This document shows, piece after piece, positions 10,627-22,663 of a stretch of 64,000 nucleotides of DNA. The position numbers and the translations under genes are program-made. Below the pieces are notes generated by a model, which had not been told where the DNA came from, made no database searches, and saw nothing but the letters and a program-made list of their open reading frames with translations. This DNA comes from Neophaeotheca triangularis (Eukaryota), in the NCBI GenBank assembly GCA_054600435.1, contig BAAIJX010000010.1, positions 248,001-312,000 of the forward strand, written 5' to 3'. The number at the start of each line of letters is the position of its first letter. Position 1 is the first letter of the stretch.

Positions 10627-12186
10627 TCACATCATGTCTTCCCCCCCGAGAGCAGACCCGAGCAAGTTCTCCATTCCATTGGGCACAGCACACAGCAACT
10701 GTAATTCAGCTTTAACACCCAAGACCAACATCCGCTGCAACTCCCTTCTCACATCCCGCTCACCTTCATCCACACCTTCCACATATTGCTCTAGCATCTT
10801 TGCGGCCTTGCGTCGATCTCTCTTGGAAAGTGGCAGTAACCCCTGCGTAGCATGTAAGTCCTCGCCACCAAACACGACATGTTCGCTCCGCAGCCCAAGC
10901 CACTCGATCCGGGGAACGCACAGCTTCGGACCCTCGTGTGCAAGCCGCGCAGAGCCAAACTTATACGTGTTGAGAATGGCGAGGCCGTCTGGATCAAAGT
11001 CCACGAGCCCCAGGACTCGGGGTGAGGCATAGCCGTTCCTGGACGAAGGCGTGGTCATGAAGTGCAGCAGCGCTCTCGTAGCGATGTCAGGGTAGCCTTT
11101 CCCAGTAATAATGACGCCGTGTTGAGACAGCGCGGGCGAAAAGGCTGAAGCCGCAATGGAGCGGAAAGTGGCCTCTTTCTCGACAACTAGGACCCACTTG
11201 GTCGCTTGCATGTTCACGGAAAGTATGTCTCGAAGACTGGGAACTAGAGTGCCGTCTCTGTCAGCTGCGACGCTGAGAGTTGAGCCGTCGTTGCGGCAGA
11301 AGGTTGCGGCGCCGGCGATCAAGCCTTTGGCTGCTGCGGTGACGTTTAAGAGGGACCGTGGAACGTTGAAGGTAAGCGCGATGTCGTCGACGTAGCGGTC
11401 TACGGTAGATTGGTTGTTGAAAAGTTTGGGGTCGCGGTAGTACATGTCTCTATGGGTTTCGGGTTAGGTAAGGCCGGATGGTACATGTTTTTGGCGTGGT
11501 ATAGGTTCTACCGTTTGGTGATGACTTTGCCGCCGAGAAGCGCTTCGTGCATCATCTCTAGCAAGCGGGCGACAACGGCTGGCGAATGTTAGCTTTTGCG
11601 AAGAAGATAATATGAACTACTTACTGAATCGCCATGCCTCCTCTGCGTTCTTTCCCGGGAAGCTGGTCTTCCTGTCACGTGAGCTGCTCATCTGGCTCGG
11701 AGAGGGCGTATCCTTGGACACTCTAGTCTTCAGCAGAATGCTCAGCTCGCCTCGTTCGTTGAGCATGTCATCCACCATTTGTTCGAAGACAGCTTCGATT
11801 TTGTTAATGACGCTTTCGCCCGGAGAGGTGTCGACAGACGGTCTGTTGGAGACTGTCGCCGTGGGTAGCCCCACTGTGGGCTCAGGCTGCTGAGTTGAAG
11901 TTGCAGCGAGGTCGTGATCTACCTGCGGGACCTGCTCGCTTTGCACTTGATGTTCGGCGTGAGAAAGATAGGTAGGCCAAGTTGGCGGCAACGATGTTTC
12001 ACTCATCGTGTCTTCTATTTCATACTCGAATTCTCCTTCTTCCACAGGCGCATAGTCTAGCATAGATTCATCCTCGCTCTCATGAGTTGGCAAGTCTTCG
12101 TTGGGCCCAATGAACTCCAGCTGAGAGTGGAAGTCGGTGTTCTCGGATTGCTGGAGAAGCTGGTCGAATTCGTCGTCGTTGTCCAT
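10627..12186 (-). CDS. SPO11: Meiotic recombination protein Spo11 (topoisomerase VI A-like); introns 11579-11624 and 11450-11511
   Basis: Spliced EAWRFTVVARLLEMMHEAL..ITKRDMYYRDP (catalytic Tyr); TOPRIM motifs VEKEATF, ITGKGYPDIATR, DFDPDG; C-terminal KAELQ. Confidence 0.93.
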
Positions 12187-12530
12187 GATGAGTCGTCACC
12201 GGAGCTCCAGGCTGCATACAACGAAGATTCGCCTTCTAATTCCTGAACCTGAAGTAAATCTCGCGTCACGCATATACGAACACCACGAGGGCGAGAGGAG
12301 AGTAGTGAAGACCTATGGAGTGAAGTCGAGGGCTTATCAGTGCCAAGTCTAGCGCGATAAGGGAACGCGACACGAAGACGCGAACTGAAGCTCGGACCAT
12401 TGGCGCGTCTGCCTCTCCCACTTCCACTTCCACTTCCACTTGCGCAGGACGGAAGGAACACTTTGAGGAAACGACGATAACGGCAACCTAACTCAACGCA
12501 ATCCGCACTTCCATTCTTTCCTCTCTCGCC

Positions 12531-14543
12531 ATGGCAGAAGTGTTTCAGTCGAAAGCACCCGTTGACGACATCATCTCATCGCCGCCGTCATCCAACCCAA
12601 GAAAGCGTGCAGCACCGGAACGAGATTCACCATCCAAAAAGCCACTGAATCTCAAGGGGGATCAGTTCATCATGCCTACCCCACCAGATACCGACAACTC
12701 GAGCCCCACCAATAACAATGATCGAGCTGCCTCTCCTGAAAGCTCCGCCCTTAGCTCGGTCGACGACTCTACAGAAGGCACAACGCCGGGGTCAACGACC
12801 AAGCATGCAGCTCAAGAAGCCACACCGATCGCGACTGCACAGCCTCCAGCGAAACGCAGGAAACTCACATTGGCCGAGAAGGCCGAAAAGGAGCGTCTGA
12901 AGGCTGTCAAGGAGCGGGAGAAAGCCGAACTGAAAGCCAAAAAAGAGGAGGAGAGGGCGAGAAAGGAGGAAGAGAAGGTGCGCAAGGATGAGGAAAAACG
13001 CTTCAAGGACGAGGAGAAGCGGAAGAAGGCAGAAGAAAAAGAGGCTAAGAAGCGGGAGAAGGACCTTGAGAAGGAACGCGCCGAGCAGGCTGCGCTGAAG
13101 AAGCAGCAATCGCAGATGAGACTAGGTGCTTTTTTTCAGAAACCTTCTACTCCAATTAAGCAGGATGATACTGGTGCAGCGGTTGAGGGAACGGCAAGCT
13201 CGGCTAGGCGCAAGTCGCTGTCCCTTGAGCCTTTCGACGCGGTTGCTGAGCAAATTCGCAAGGATAAAGGTGCTGGCAAGGGAACGCCTCGGACGGAGAA
13301 ACAGGCCCAATCCGACTATCACAAATTCTTCTTGCCATTCGAGCTACCTTCACACACGACTTTAGCACCGACTTTGCAATTCGAGACCTCACAGCGCGAT
13401 GCGGATGCTGCACAGACTTCCTTTGACTCTGAGCTCGACGACCCTTCTCTGCGGGAAAAGTACGACCTCGGTCTAATCTCATCGTACGCCAGCATGGAAG
13501 CTCACTTTGCGAGCGAGAGAGTCCAACGAGGCATCCCAGTGCAATCTGTAGCCGACCTCATCAACCGCATGAACGGAACCTGCCAGCGGCCAATTGATCT
13601 GACCGGAGAAGCGGCAGCTGAGCAGTCCATCGATGCACTTCGAAAACTTCCTATGAGGCATCTGCATTTTGCTGAAGACTTGAGGCCTGCATACTATGGG
13701 TCTTACACAAAGTTGAGATCATCAAGGGCAGCGGCGAAGCTTTCGCGTAATCCCTTCGCCCGCGAAAGGAAAGATACCGACTACGACTACGACTCAGAGG
13801 CTGAGTGGGAAGAAGGTGAAGAAGGAGGCGAGGACATCCTGAGCGATGGAGAAGACGACGCCGAGAGCCAGGGTGATGCGGAGGATGCCGAATTCCTTGA
13901 CGATGAAGAAGATGTTCTCAAAAACAAGCGCAAACCGATCGTCACTGACCTGATTCCAGTGAGCACAAACCTTTGCTGGCAAGACTCAGCGGGCAAACTC
14001 CAACCATCGTCCACAAATCCAGATCCAGCCAACGACCTTACGGGCATGAGTATGGGCTTCCTCCTCCCTGGTCTTACCACCACTAGCATCGATCCCTTCA
14101 GTACATCCTACTGGCAACCCTCCACCCAGACAACCTCCACCACAACCCCCAGCACCCACCCTCTCCTCTCCACAACCATGCCCCCGCCCCGCCAACCCCT
14201 CCAATCCCGCAACACGAACACCACAACCCCTCCTTCAACCAGCATGCCCCTCGTTGGCGCGGCCGAAGGCATGAAAGGCCCTATCGACAGCCTCGCAGCG
14301 ACGCAGGCCGCTTCCCAAAAAGGCCGCAAACCCGCTCCCAAAACTCTCAGCGCGGAAGAGCTGGCGGCTTTTCGCGATGCAGTTGTGGGCAGTGGTTTGA
14401 ACAAGGCGGATTTGAGCAAGGGGTTGAAGACGCGGTTTCCGAAGTTGACGAATGAGGCTATTAAGGAGACTTTGGGGGAGAAGTTTGCGCAGATTGGGTC
14501 GAGTAGGGCGGGAAAGAAGTGGGTCTTTGTTGGGGGGAATTGA
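12531..14543 (+). CDS. CAC1: Chromatin assembly factor 1 subunit A (Cac1/Rlf2)
   Basis: KER coiled coil, PIP-box-like QMRLGAFF, F.ED.RPAYYG, DYDYDSEAEWEE acidic motif, C-terminal winged-helix-like region. Confidence 0.9.
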   Translation: MAEVFQSKAPVDDIISSPPSSNPRKRAAPERDSPSKKPLNLKGDQFIMPTPPDTDNSSPTNNNDRAASPESSALSSVDDSTEGTTPGSTTKHAAQEATPIATAQPPAKRRKLTLAEKAEKERLKAVKEREKAELKAKKEEERARKEEEKVRKDEEKRFKDEEKRKKAEEKEAKKREKDLEKERAEQAALKKQQSQMRLGAFFQKPSTPIKQDDTGAAVEGTASSARRKSLSLEPFDAVAEQIRKDKGAGKGTPRTEKQAQSDYHKFFLPFELPSHTTLAPTLQFETSQRDADAAQTSFDSELDDPSLREKYDLGLISSYASMEAHFASERVQRGIPVQSVADLINRMNGTCQRPIDLTGEAAAEQSIDALRKLPMRHLHFAEDLRPAYYGSYTKLRSSRAAAKLSRNPFARERKDTDYDYDSEAEWEEGEEGGEDILSDGEDDAESQGDAEDAEFLDDEEDVLKNKRKPIVTDLIPVSTNLCWQDSAGKLQPSSTNPDPANDLTGMSMGFLLPGLTTTSIDPFSTSYWQPSTQTTSTTTPSTHPLLSTTMPPPRQPLQSRNTNTTTPPSTSMPLVGAAEGMKGPIDSLAATQAASQKGRKPAPKTLSAEELAAFRDAVVGSGLNKADLSKGLKTRFPKLTNEAIKETLGEKFAQIGSSRAGKKWVFVGGN

Positions 14544-15042
14544 ATTGAATTCAATGTGGGGACTTCGTTGATTGGGAGGACTCATGGCGAATGCAGAGGA
14601 TGAATGGCTTGGCACCCATGTTGACTTTGCTTCTTTGACGAAGCTTTTTTTCATTTGCTGCATTTCAGCTCGAGCGGTTAGCGGATGCATGATTTAGGCG
14701 TAGGGGGCTATGGTTTGGCTGTGATGAAGAAGGCAGCATGTGTAGCTTGCTAGACTTGTTCAGTAGACATGAATGTTGCAAGATGCGCTTTTGTGTTCTT
14801 CGTCGCTTCATCCTCGGGTTTTACTATGCTTAACGGGCTCGTCTATTAACACTGGACAAAAAGGCCGGGTATCCTCTCGTTTTTGCCTTCGCCGTCATCT
14901 TTTATGAAGCGTTGAGTGGAGCTAATGGATAGCCCGCAACACAATCGCTCGCAGTCGAAGTCTCCGAAACCTGCAGGCTCCAGGGAACAGTGCTTTTCCA
15001 CTTGCACCTCCAGACCACGTGTTCTGCTCATTCTCTCCCAGT

Positions 15043-17221
15043 TCAACCAACCTTAACCTTCTTCTCCCCGCCAGCATTCCCAGCCTCGTCCACTTTCCTC
15101 TTCTCCCCCACCGCTCCGCCAGCAGCAGCAGCAGCAGCACCCCCGTTCTCTCCCGCCTTCTCCTTCTCCCTCGCCGCCCTCCTAGCCTCCCGCTCCCCCC
15201 TTTCCTTCTCCTTCCTCAGCGCCTTGGACTCAAACTCATGCCACTCACCGACCAGCTCCTCCAACTCGACCGGCTTCGCCTCCTTGGGCTCCTCGCTAGC
15301 GAAATAAGGGTGCTCGAGCACTTCAGCAGCAGATGGGCGCTTGGCGTGATCATACTGGAACATGGCCGCCAAGAGGTCGAACGCTTGCTCGGAGACGCGG
15401 TCTTTGTACTTTTCGGCGAAGGAATTGGGTTGGCGTTGACCAGGGCGGAGGAGCTCGTACCACTGCAGGTCAACGATGCCGGGCCAGTCGGTGCGGCTGG
15501 GCGTGCCGAGGACGTTGTAGATTTTGTCGAGTTGGTTGATTTCGCCGCCGTCGCCGGGGAAGATGGCGTGGCGGGTGAAGACCTCTACGAGGACGCAGGC
15601 CGCGCTCCAGATGTCCACGGCCGGGCCGTATTGCGTTTCGCCCAGCAGCAGCTCGGGGCTGCGGTACCAGATGGTGATGACGCGGTTCGTGTAGTCCTGT
15701 TTCGCGCGTTTCTGATAAAAGCGCGCGAGACCGAAGTCGGCGAGTTTAAGCTCGCCGGTCTTGCTGACGAGGATGTTGGCGGCCTTGATGTCGCGGTGAA
15801 GGACGCCGCGGCGGTGGAGGTAGTCGAGGCCTTCGAAAAGTTGGCGCGCCAGGTGCTTTTTGTGCGCCGTCGTGAGTGAAAAGGTTGGGTGGTTGAGCAG
15901 GCCTGTGAGGTCGTGAGAGAGGTACTCGAATACCATGAAGCAGTCGTTGCGTTCAACCATTACTTCTTGTAGGGCCACTATGTTGACATGCTTGAGGGAT
16001 TGGAGGAGCTTGATCTCGCGGATGGCGGTGACCGGAAACTGATCGCCATGGTTAGCAAGAGCTCTGGAAGTGGATGTGTCTGCAGTGAGGACTTACCCCG
16101 TCTCTTTCACCTTCCATGCGGATCTTCTTGAGCGCAACCAAACCTCCTGTGTACACGTGCACTGCTTTGTATACTTTGCCATAAGTGCCAGAGCCCACAA
16201 CGGACTCATTACCTGTCTTTCTGAAATACACACTCTCAGAGCTTTTGAACTCTTCGCCGAGCTCTGGTCTAGGCTTTAGTCTCTTCTTCTTAATCTTTTC
16301 CTTGCGAACCGGTGGAGGGGAGGGCTTCTTCGGTGTAGTGTTCACCCGCGTGTTTCCAACGTAGTTCGCACTCTTGGGCGCAGCAAGTTTGGCTACTGCC
16401 GGATCCGGAGGCGGTTTCGTGACAGGTGCATCTGCGATCGGATTCTTCCTTCTAAGTACAGGCGACGGCTCGCGAGCGGCTTCCTTTTTAGCAGCACTGC
16501 CCTTGATCGAAAAACTCATCTTTGGCTTAGGTGCCTCGGTATCGGCGGCTTTCGCTTCCTCAGGCTTTACCGCAACACTTGAAGGAACGCTTGAGTTCTG
16601 AGCTGCGCCAGCGGTTGAAGGGTGTGAGGTCTTGCGCTTCTTGTGGGCGCCCTCGTCCTCGGCGCGCAAGTCTGCAGGTGGTCGGAAAGGGTTGTCGTCG
16701 TCGTCGTCGTCTGTCGGTGGGTTTGCGAGCGCGTCTTGTGTAAGGTCTTGTCCGGAAGCGGAGGCGGGCGGTGGGGGCGCTGAACCGGAACCTTGACGTT
16801 GAGTACGTGCAGCATCGCCAGGTTTAACAAGATGCCCACCTTTCACACCATCACCTGGCGTCCACGACAGATTGGCAAAATGTCCTCCTCTAGCACCTGT
16901 TCCGCCTCTCGCAGCGGGGCCACCTCTACCCCGCGAACTTGCTGCTGCATCGCGTGGTGCGGCTGGCCCGCCATGGTTCGGCGACGCACCGTAAGATGAC
17001 GAGACGGGAGCTGGTGGCTGATGGTGAGGTCCCGAAGGCGCGCCCCTATATTGTTGCTGATAAGCATATGAAGATTGGCGGTTGGGGTAATTGTGCATCG
17101 ATGATCCGTGATGCTGCGGGTAGCCCGATGGTGGGTAACCGTGATGGCCGTATGATGAGTGTGACGGGGGGTAGCCGCGGCCGGAGCCATACCGTGGATC
17201 ATAGCCACCGCGATTGTACAT
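15043..17221 (-). CDS. CTK1: RNA polymerase II CTD kinase subunit (Ctk1/CDK12-like); intron 16039-16096
   Basis: GSGTYGKVYKA, ERDG|FPVTAIREIKLL, HRDIKAANIL, DFGLAR, YTNRVITIWYRSPELLLG. The start at MYNRGG is inferred. Confidence 0.88.
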
Positions 17222-20200
17222 TTTGCTGGCTGCAGCGATGGCGCGCTGATCAGTACGGCAGAAGTGTGGGTGGTAGGGTGATGGTGGTGTTGCAGTATGG
17301 GAATGTGCGTGCTGGATTGCACGGAGGAGCCTTGTTCCAGTGTCGCGACGTCGCAAGTCTTCGCGATGGTGACGTCGTTAACAGCTTCTCTTGGCGGGTC
17401 AGATCCCAGTGGGTCGTTCCCCTGATAGTCGCTCTTGCTATGTGGCACTAGAAAGGACAAAGTTCTCGCGCGTGATGTAAACTCAAGGGTGGCCTTTTGT
17501 ACCGCAATTCACGCTTCTGCTCGAGTTTCTGGACACTCTTCCGATTGTCTTTCTCCGCAGGCCTGATGTATATTGTGCACCGTGCCTCACGTGCAGCGAA
17601 GCCCAGTGGTTATGTGCTTTCTCTTTCTCCTCCTGTAGCCGCTGTAAAGTTTCAAGTCACCGCGTCGCTTCTGAAGGCACAAGCTTAGGTCTTGAAATAA
17701 GCTGGCTCGAGGTCATGAATATGATGTCGGTCGTGCAGATGCGGGTATTGTATTTCACAAGTGGTGTGGTCGTGCGTGGCCCTCGGTGGGCTTCGCCTCG
17801 TTGGTTTGGGGGACGTAGACAGTCGCAATGCGAGAACTAGCACGTGTTCTGTGCCTCGGAGGGTTGTTTTTGGCAGCTTCAGTTCGGGTCTCAATGACCG
17901 GGATGAGGGTGTGGGAATTCAAACTCGTGTCGTGGTCGTTGTGGTAGGCGGCGCATTCAGCAGCGGTACAGGTGAAGTGAGTGATGGTCAGCGGGATGTA
18001 CTTCGGCTCCCGCCTTGCCCGAGACGCTGCGAGGACGGGTGAAAGCGAAGGGTTGGTGGCGTATTCAGTGTTAGTAGAGACGTTGCGTGATTACGCTTTC
18101 TCTCCCGGCGCTGTTACCACTCTTCCTTCGCGTGACAATGATGGTGCGTGATGCTCGACTAGGAGGTACGTTCTAAAGCCCAACTTCGAGATGCGATGTC
18201 GAGCGGTGCCTTGGAAATTTTGCCGAGAACGGCAGCCAGATGGTCTCCCATTACCCAGAAACGCATCAAGACGAACAAACACTTTCACACCACGTCCGGA
18301 CAAATTTCTACGTAGGTCCACATGTCAATCATTGACAGTCCGACCACCGCAAAGCGTAGTTGTGCACGATAGCGTCGCATGAAGGGGCGCATCCAGGCGC
18401 TATACCGTCAGCTGGAAACCTCGAGCTTCGCCGGTGGCACAAATGCAGAAGCGTCTTCCGTGGCTACTGACTGCCCTGACGGAATTGCCGAGCGGCTGTC
18501 CTTTTTTCCGCGTGATTGGTATCGCTGCACACTATAGCGAGGATACAAGGTGCACATCATACGTACCTCACTCCCAGCTTTCCGTCAGGTGTGTCCTCCA
18601 ACCCCGACCTGCTTAGTTCACTGCGAACGTCTGCACACTTCTACTTGGAGTATGCAAACCACGACCCCAAGGAACTGCCGATCAGGTACGCCTGGCCACA
18701 AGCAGATAAATGCTTTCCAGCTCACACATTACCGGTAGGGATACCCTAAGGGCAATGCAAATCTGCCAACTGTTGCTTCGATGGCGTCCTGAGTGTTAGC
18801 GGTCTTGATGTTCCAGCATCTGCATATATCGTGCGTGACTCGATGTCTGCTGACCGCTGCGAATGTGATGGCAAGAAGCACGAAAACGAGTCGACCGATC
18901 GTGATGTATAGGGACCAAGCGTTTTCGCAGATGGCACAACAAGCCCAGTTAACGGTTTCAGCACGACTCAAAGTCGGCAGCAGTGGACCATGGAGGTTTA
19001 AATGACGTCTCGGGGAGTGTTCTGTCGGCTCCAGCAGTCGACTACCTCATAGGTATCCGGCAGAGCGTGAAGGTCTTAGACAAAGGCCACATGCCGTAGC
19101 AAAAATGGGGGTGCTGTATCTGTAGTTTGTTGTCTAGTGATTGATGTTGTTCGACTCTGCATGTGAGTTTTGTCCGGACTGTAGAGGCACTGGAGAGGTC
19201 TCGCAGTACCTATACCCGTTGCTGCAATTGCAATGGCAACCGTCTGTACAGTCCCATTCTCGCGCCCAAATAATGGTCTATCTAAATGGTAAACTTGAGA
19301 GGTGATCAAGAAGTGAGCAAGGGAAGTCTGAGTGCTTCTGCTCAGCACTGAAGTGATTTCCAAGCGTAGCTCAGTATCCGCCACTATAACTGGCCTCCGC
19401 CCGGCCGCAACGCTGCGCGGGCATCGTCAATAATGGCTTGCAGGACACTAGAGACAGTGGCCTGGCCGTCTGGGGGAGTATCTTTCAAAGCAGCAGACTG
19501 GCAAACAAAGCCTTTTGAGGGAGGTAAGTTGAAAGTGCGCACGAGCAGCGCATGTGAGAGCTCTTGGGGCGAGGCAAGTTCATCCCCTGTTTCTCGTGAA
19601 TTGCGTTTACTCGACTGATCATCACTAGAAAGGTTATGGTAGATCCCTGGGGGCGGTGATGAGGGGGATGAGAGGAGGTGGTGGTGGTGAGTAGAGCGCC
19701 TACCTATTGCTGGGCTGCTGTTACGGTACGGGAGGGGCAAAGCGTTCCAATTACAACTTACGACCGACACGGATAATAGTCACGTGAGATGGAAAATCAA
19801 GCTAGTCCTGATTCGGAAGTGCATTGTTTTAACTGATAAGAGGTTAAGGGACCGTCAGGTGCGTTACATACAACATGTACTCGCGTACTAGACAAGTACC
19901 CAGGTACAACTAGGTACAGTACCTACTAGTATGTAGGCATGTAGGCAGGCAGTATCTCAGTATGTAGTACCTCGACAGCGAGTCACCGTAGACTAGGCCC
20001 AATTAGATAACTGCTTCCGAGCCAATACTAATACTACTATCCACGACCACACCGTCAACCGCCGACATGTCCGATCGGTCCAACGTTAGCAGGTAGAAAG
20101 TTTACTTTGACTTCAAGCAACGACGGCCAGCTCTCTGAAGACCAAGGGTCCAGGGAGCTCAGATCGCATCGCTCAGGAAAAAGTACTGGAAGGAATACAT

Positions 20201-20394
20201 TACCATATCTAGCTTCTCGTTTCGTTTCATATAATACAACCAATGCATCTTGAGCCTCGCCAAATCAACGCTTCACTGCTACTGTCCACCATCCATCGAC
20301 TCTGACTGAACCTTTGGCCCGACCAAGATATATCTTTCCCCGCTGTAGAACCTAGACTTCGTCTCAACTTCTGCCGTCGACTCACATTCAAATC

Positions 20395-21524
20395 ATGGAC
20401 CACTCACCACACGCCCCCCGACCCAAACCTATCCCTCCACACCTAGTCAACGGTCACTCGCCTCTACATCCGCGCGCCAACGGCGCCCACTCCAAAGACG
20501 AACGTGACAGCACCTTTGCCTCGATCAAATCCAGCATGGGTCCCAAAAAGGAGCCGCTCGACCTCGAGAACCCTTCGCAGTCTCTCAACAGCCACGCGCC
20601 ATCCTCCTCGTCCTCTTCATCCCTCCCCAACGGCTCGCAACAACAAGAAAACTCCTCCCGCCAGTACGAAGAAGTCCAAGACAACGACATCAACCACATC
20701 GACCTTTCCAGCATCGACCTCAAAGTCGCCGCCCGCGATGGCCGTGACGAAGCACCCCAGACCCCTCTCGCAACCGCCCGCTCCAACTCTCCGTTCACCC
20801 AAAACCCCACCATCGACTTCGAAGGCCTGTCATGGCCCTCAGTAGGCACGCTCTCTCGGCTCCAAGAGCGCGAATCCCCCGCCGATGCGCAGGCGCGGTT
20901 GGAAAAACTCTCAGGGGCTGTGCGAACGATACTAGAGTGCATTGGCGAGGATCCAGACCGCGAAGGTTTGCACGGCACGCCGGAGCGGTACGCCAAGGCT
21001 ATGATGTTTTTCACCAAGGGCTATGAGGAGAATTTGCGCGATATTGTTAACGGGGCTGTCTTTCATGAGGATCACGATGAGTTGGTCATTGTGAGGGACA
21101 TTGAGGTTTACAGTCTTTGCGAGCATCATCTGGTGCCATTCACCGGGAAGGTAGGTTCTCCCTTGCTGAGACCCGTAGGCTGGTAAGGGCTGTGGGCGGT
21201 GTGATGCTAACTTCATCATAGATGCATATTGGCTATATCCCCTCTCGCAGAGTCATTGGTCTCTCGAAGCTCGCGCGTATTGCTGAGATGTTCAGCCGCA
21301 GACTGCAGGTGCAGGAGCGCTTGACCAAGCAGGTTGCTCTCGCGCTGTCCGATGTGCTCAAGCCGCAGGGTGTGGCGGTTGTCATGGAGAGTAGCCATAT
21401 GTGTATGGTTATGCGTGGCGTGCAGAAGGCCGGGGCGACGACTACGACAAGCTGTATGCTGGGCGCCATGAGGAAGAGGGCCAAGACAAGGGAGGAGTTC
21501 TTGAGCCTGCTCAAGGGTCGGTGA
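20395..21524 (+). CDS. FOL2: GTP cyclohydrolase I; intron 21151-21221
   Basis: [61 protein letters not shown]. Confidence 0.95.
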
Positions 21525-21990
21525 GGACAGGTTGGTCACGTGAAAGAATTGCGGGAAAGGTGGATCAGGTGACATACAGGTGAAGGCATGGTGTTTGCGG
21601 CGTTTGGCGTGACTGGTGTCGAGGTTGAGGCTGGCATTGTTGTTGCCATGGGCGGAGAATGGTGGCCAATTCAACAGGCACGGGCATGAAAATGATACCA
21701 CGACGCTCAACGCAGCGTAAGTCTTGCTTTTCTCTTGTCTTCGAAAAAGTAAGGGGCTTACTACACTCATTCAGTACAGCTCGAATTAAAACTTAGATGA
21801 CAATACTCGCTGGCGTACCAAGCACGGGAAAAGAAGGCGACCTCAGGCCAGCCCACGGAGTGCACGTCCCTATCGGTAGGAGAGAATCCCATCAGTTGCA
21901 ATGGGTCTATATATTCGTCTCGCCGCGCTAGCCTCCATAAACCAGGACGCCTCTGCCCCTGTAGCAACCTAAGTTGAACATTAACTACAG

Positions 21991-22164
21991 CGGGAGTGGA
22001 ATGCTAGTGTAGTGGTTAGGCTTAAGTTCTAACCGCTACCTAGTCAGCTTGCAATTAGCAAAGCCGGCGAAATCGCTAACCGGCCTTGGGTGTCCTTGTT
22101 TGATCGAAGGCTCTAGGTTCGACTCCTATACCAAAGTCCATTCGGATGGCGCCTCGATATTTTT
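21991..22164 (+). ncRNA. Putative Pol III-transcribed, tRNA-derived structured RNA (not a canonical cloverleaf)
   Basis: A-box-like TAGTGTAGTGG 22005-22015, B-box GGTTCGACTCC 22116-22126 in a T-arm hairpin, several further stems, and oligo-T runs from 22160. Confidence 0.55.
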
Positions 22165-22663
22165 GCCGTTTTTCACGGGTTTTCTTTTTGAGCGGCTGCA
22201 GGTGGGAGAGGTGAGGTGGATTTTTTTTACTATGTGAGTGTATTGGACATCTGGTTTTCTGTCTATCACTGGATGGTACTGACAATAGAGTGTAGCCTTG
22301 CTATTGTCGTCGCCTAGCAACCTTGGGCTTCAACGTCACCTCACGCCCCTTGAAGCTTTCAAAACTGCGCGCGCGACTTTCAACAGCAACACCCTCTCTC
22401 TCACACCCAACATTCCTCTCTCGTTCCGCATCTTCGGCACTATCTGAACATCCTCATCAGTGGCTTCTCTACGCGCTGATCATCATCATATTCAGTACCA
22501 TCAGCGCATTGCAAAGCTGCAGACCTCGCATCCTCACCACACCCGTATTCCTCACTACCAGACTTCGACGCATCGTCAGCTCAAAGACTCTGCCAGTCAG
22601 GTACATCACTTTCCTTCATACCATCTTTCACCTTCACACATCCCCCAAGGATATGGCAATCTA

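Noticed and set aside
15019..15879. 286-aa plus-strand ORF
   Set aside because: Antisense shadow of the GC-biased CTK1 kinase exon.
21998..22136. Canonical or intron-containing tRNA call; also U2 (GTGTAGT) and 5S similarity
   Set aside because: No D-stem or acceptor pairing, and the extra sequence is not at the 37/38 intron position; the flanks do not match U2 or 5S.
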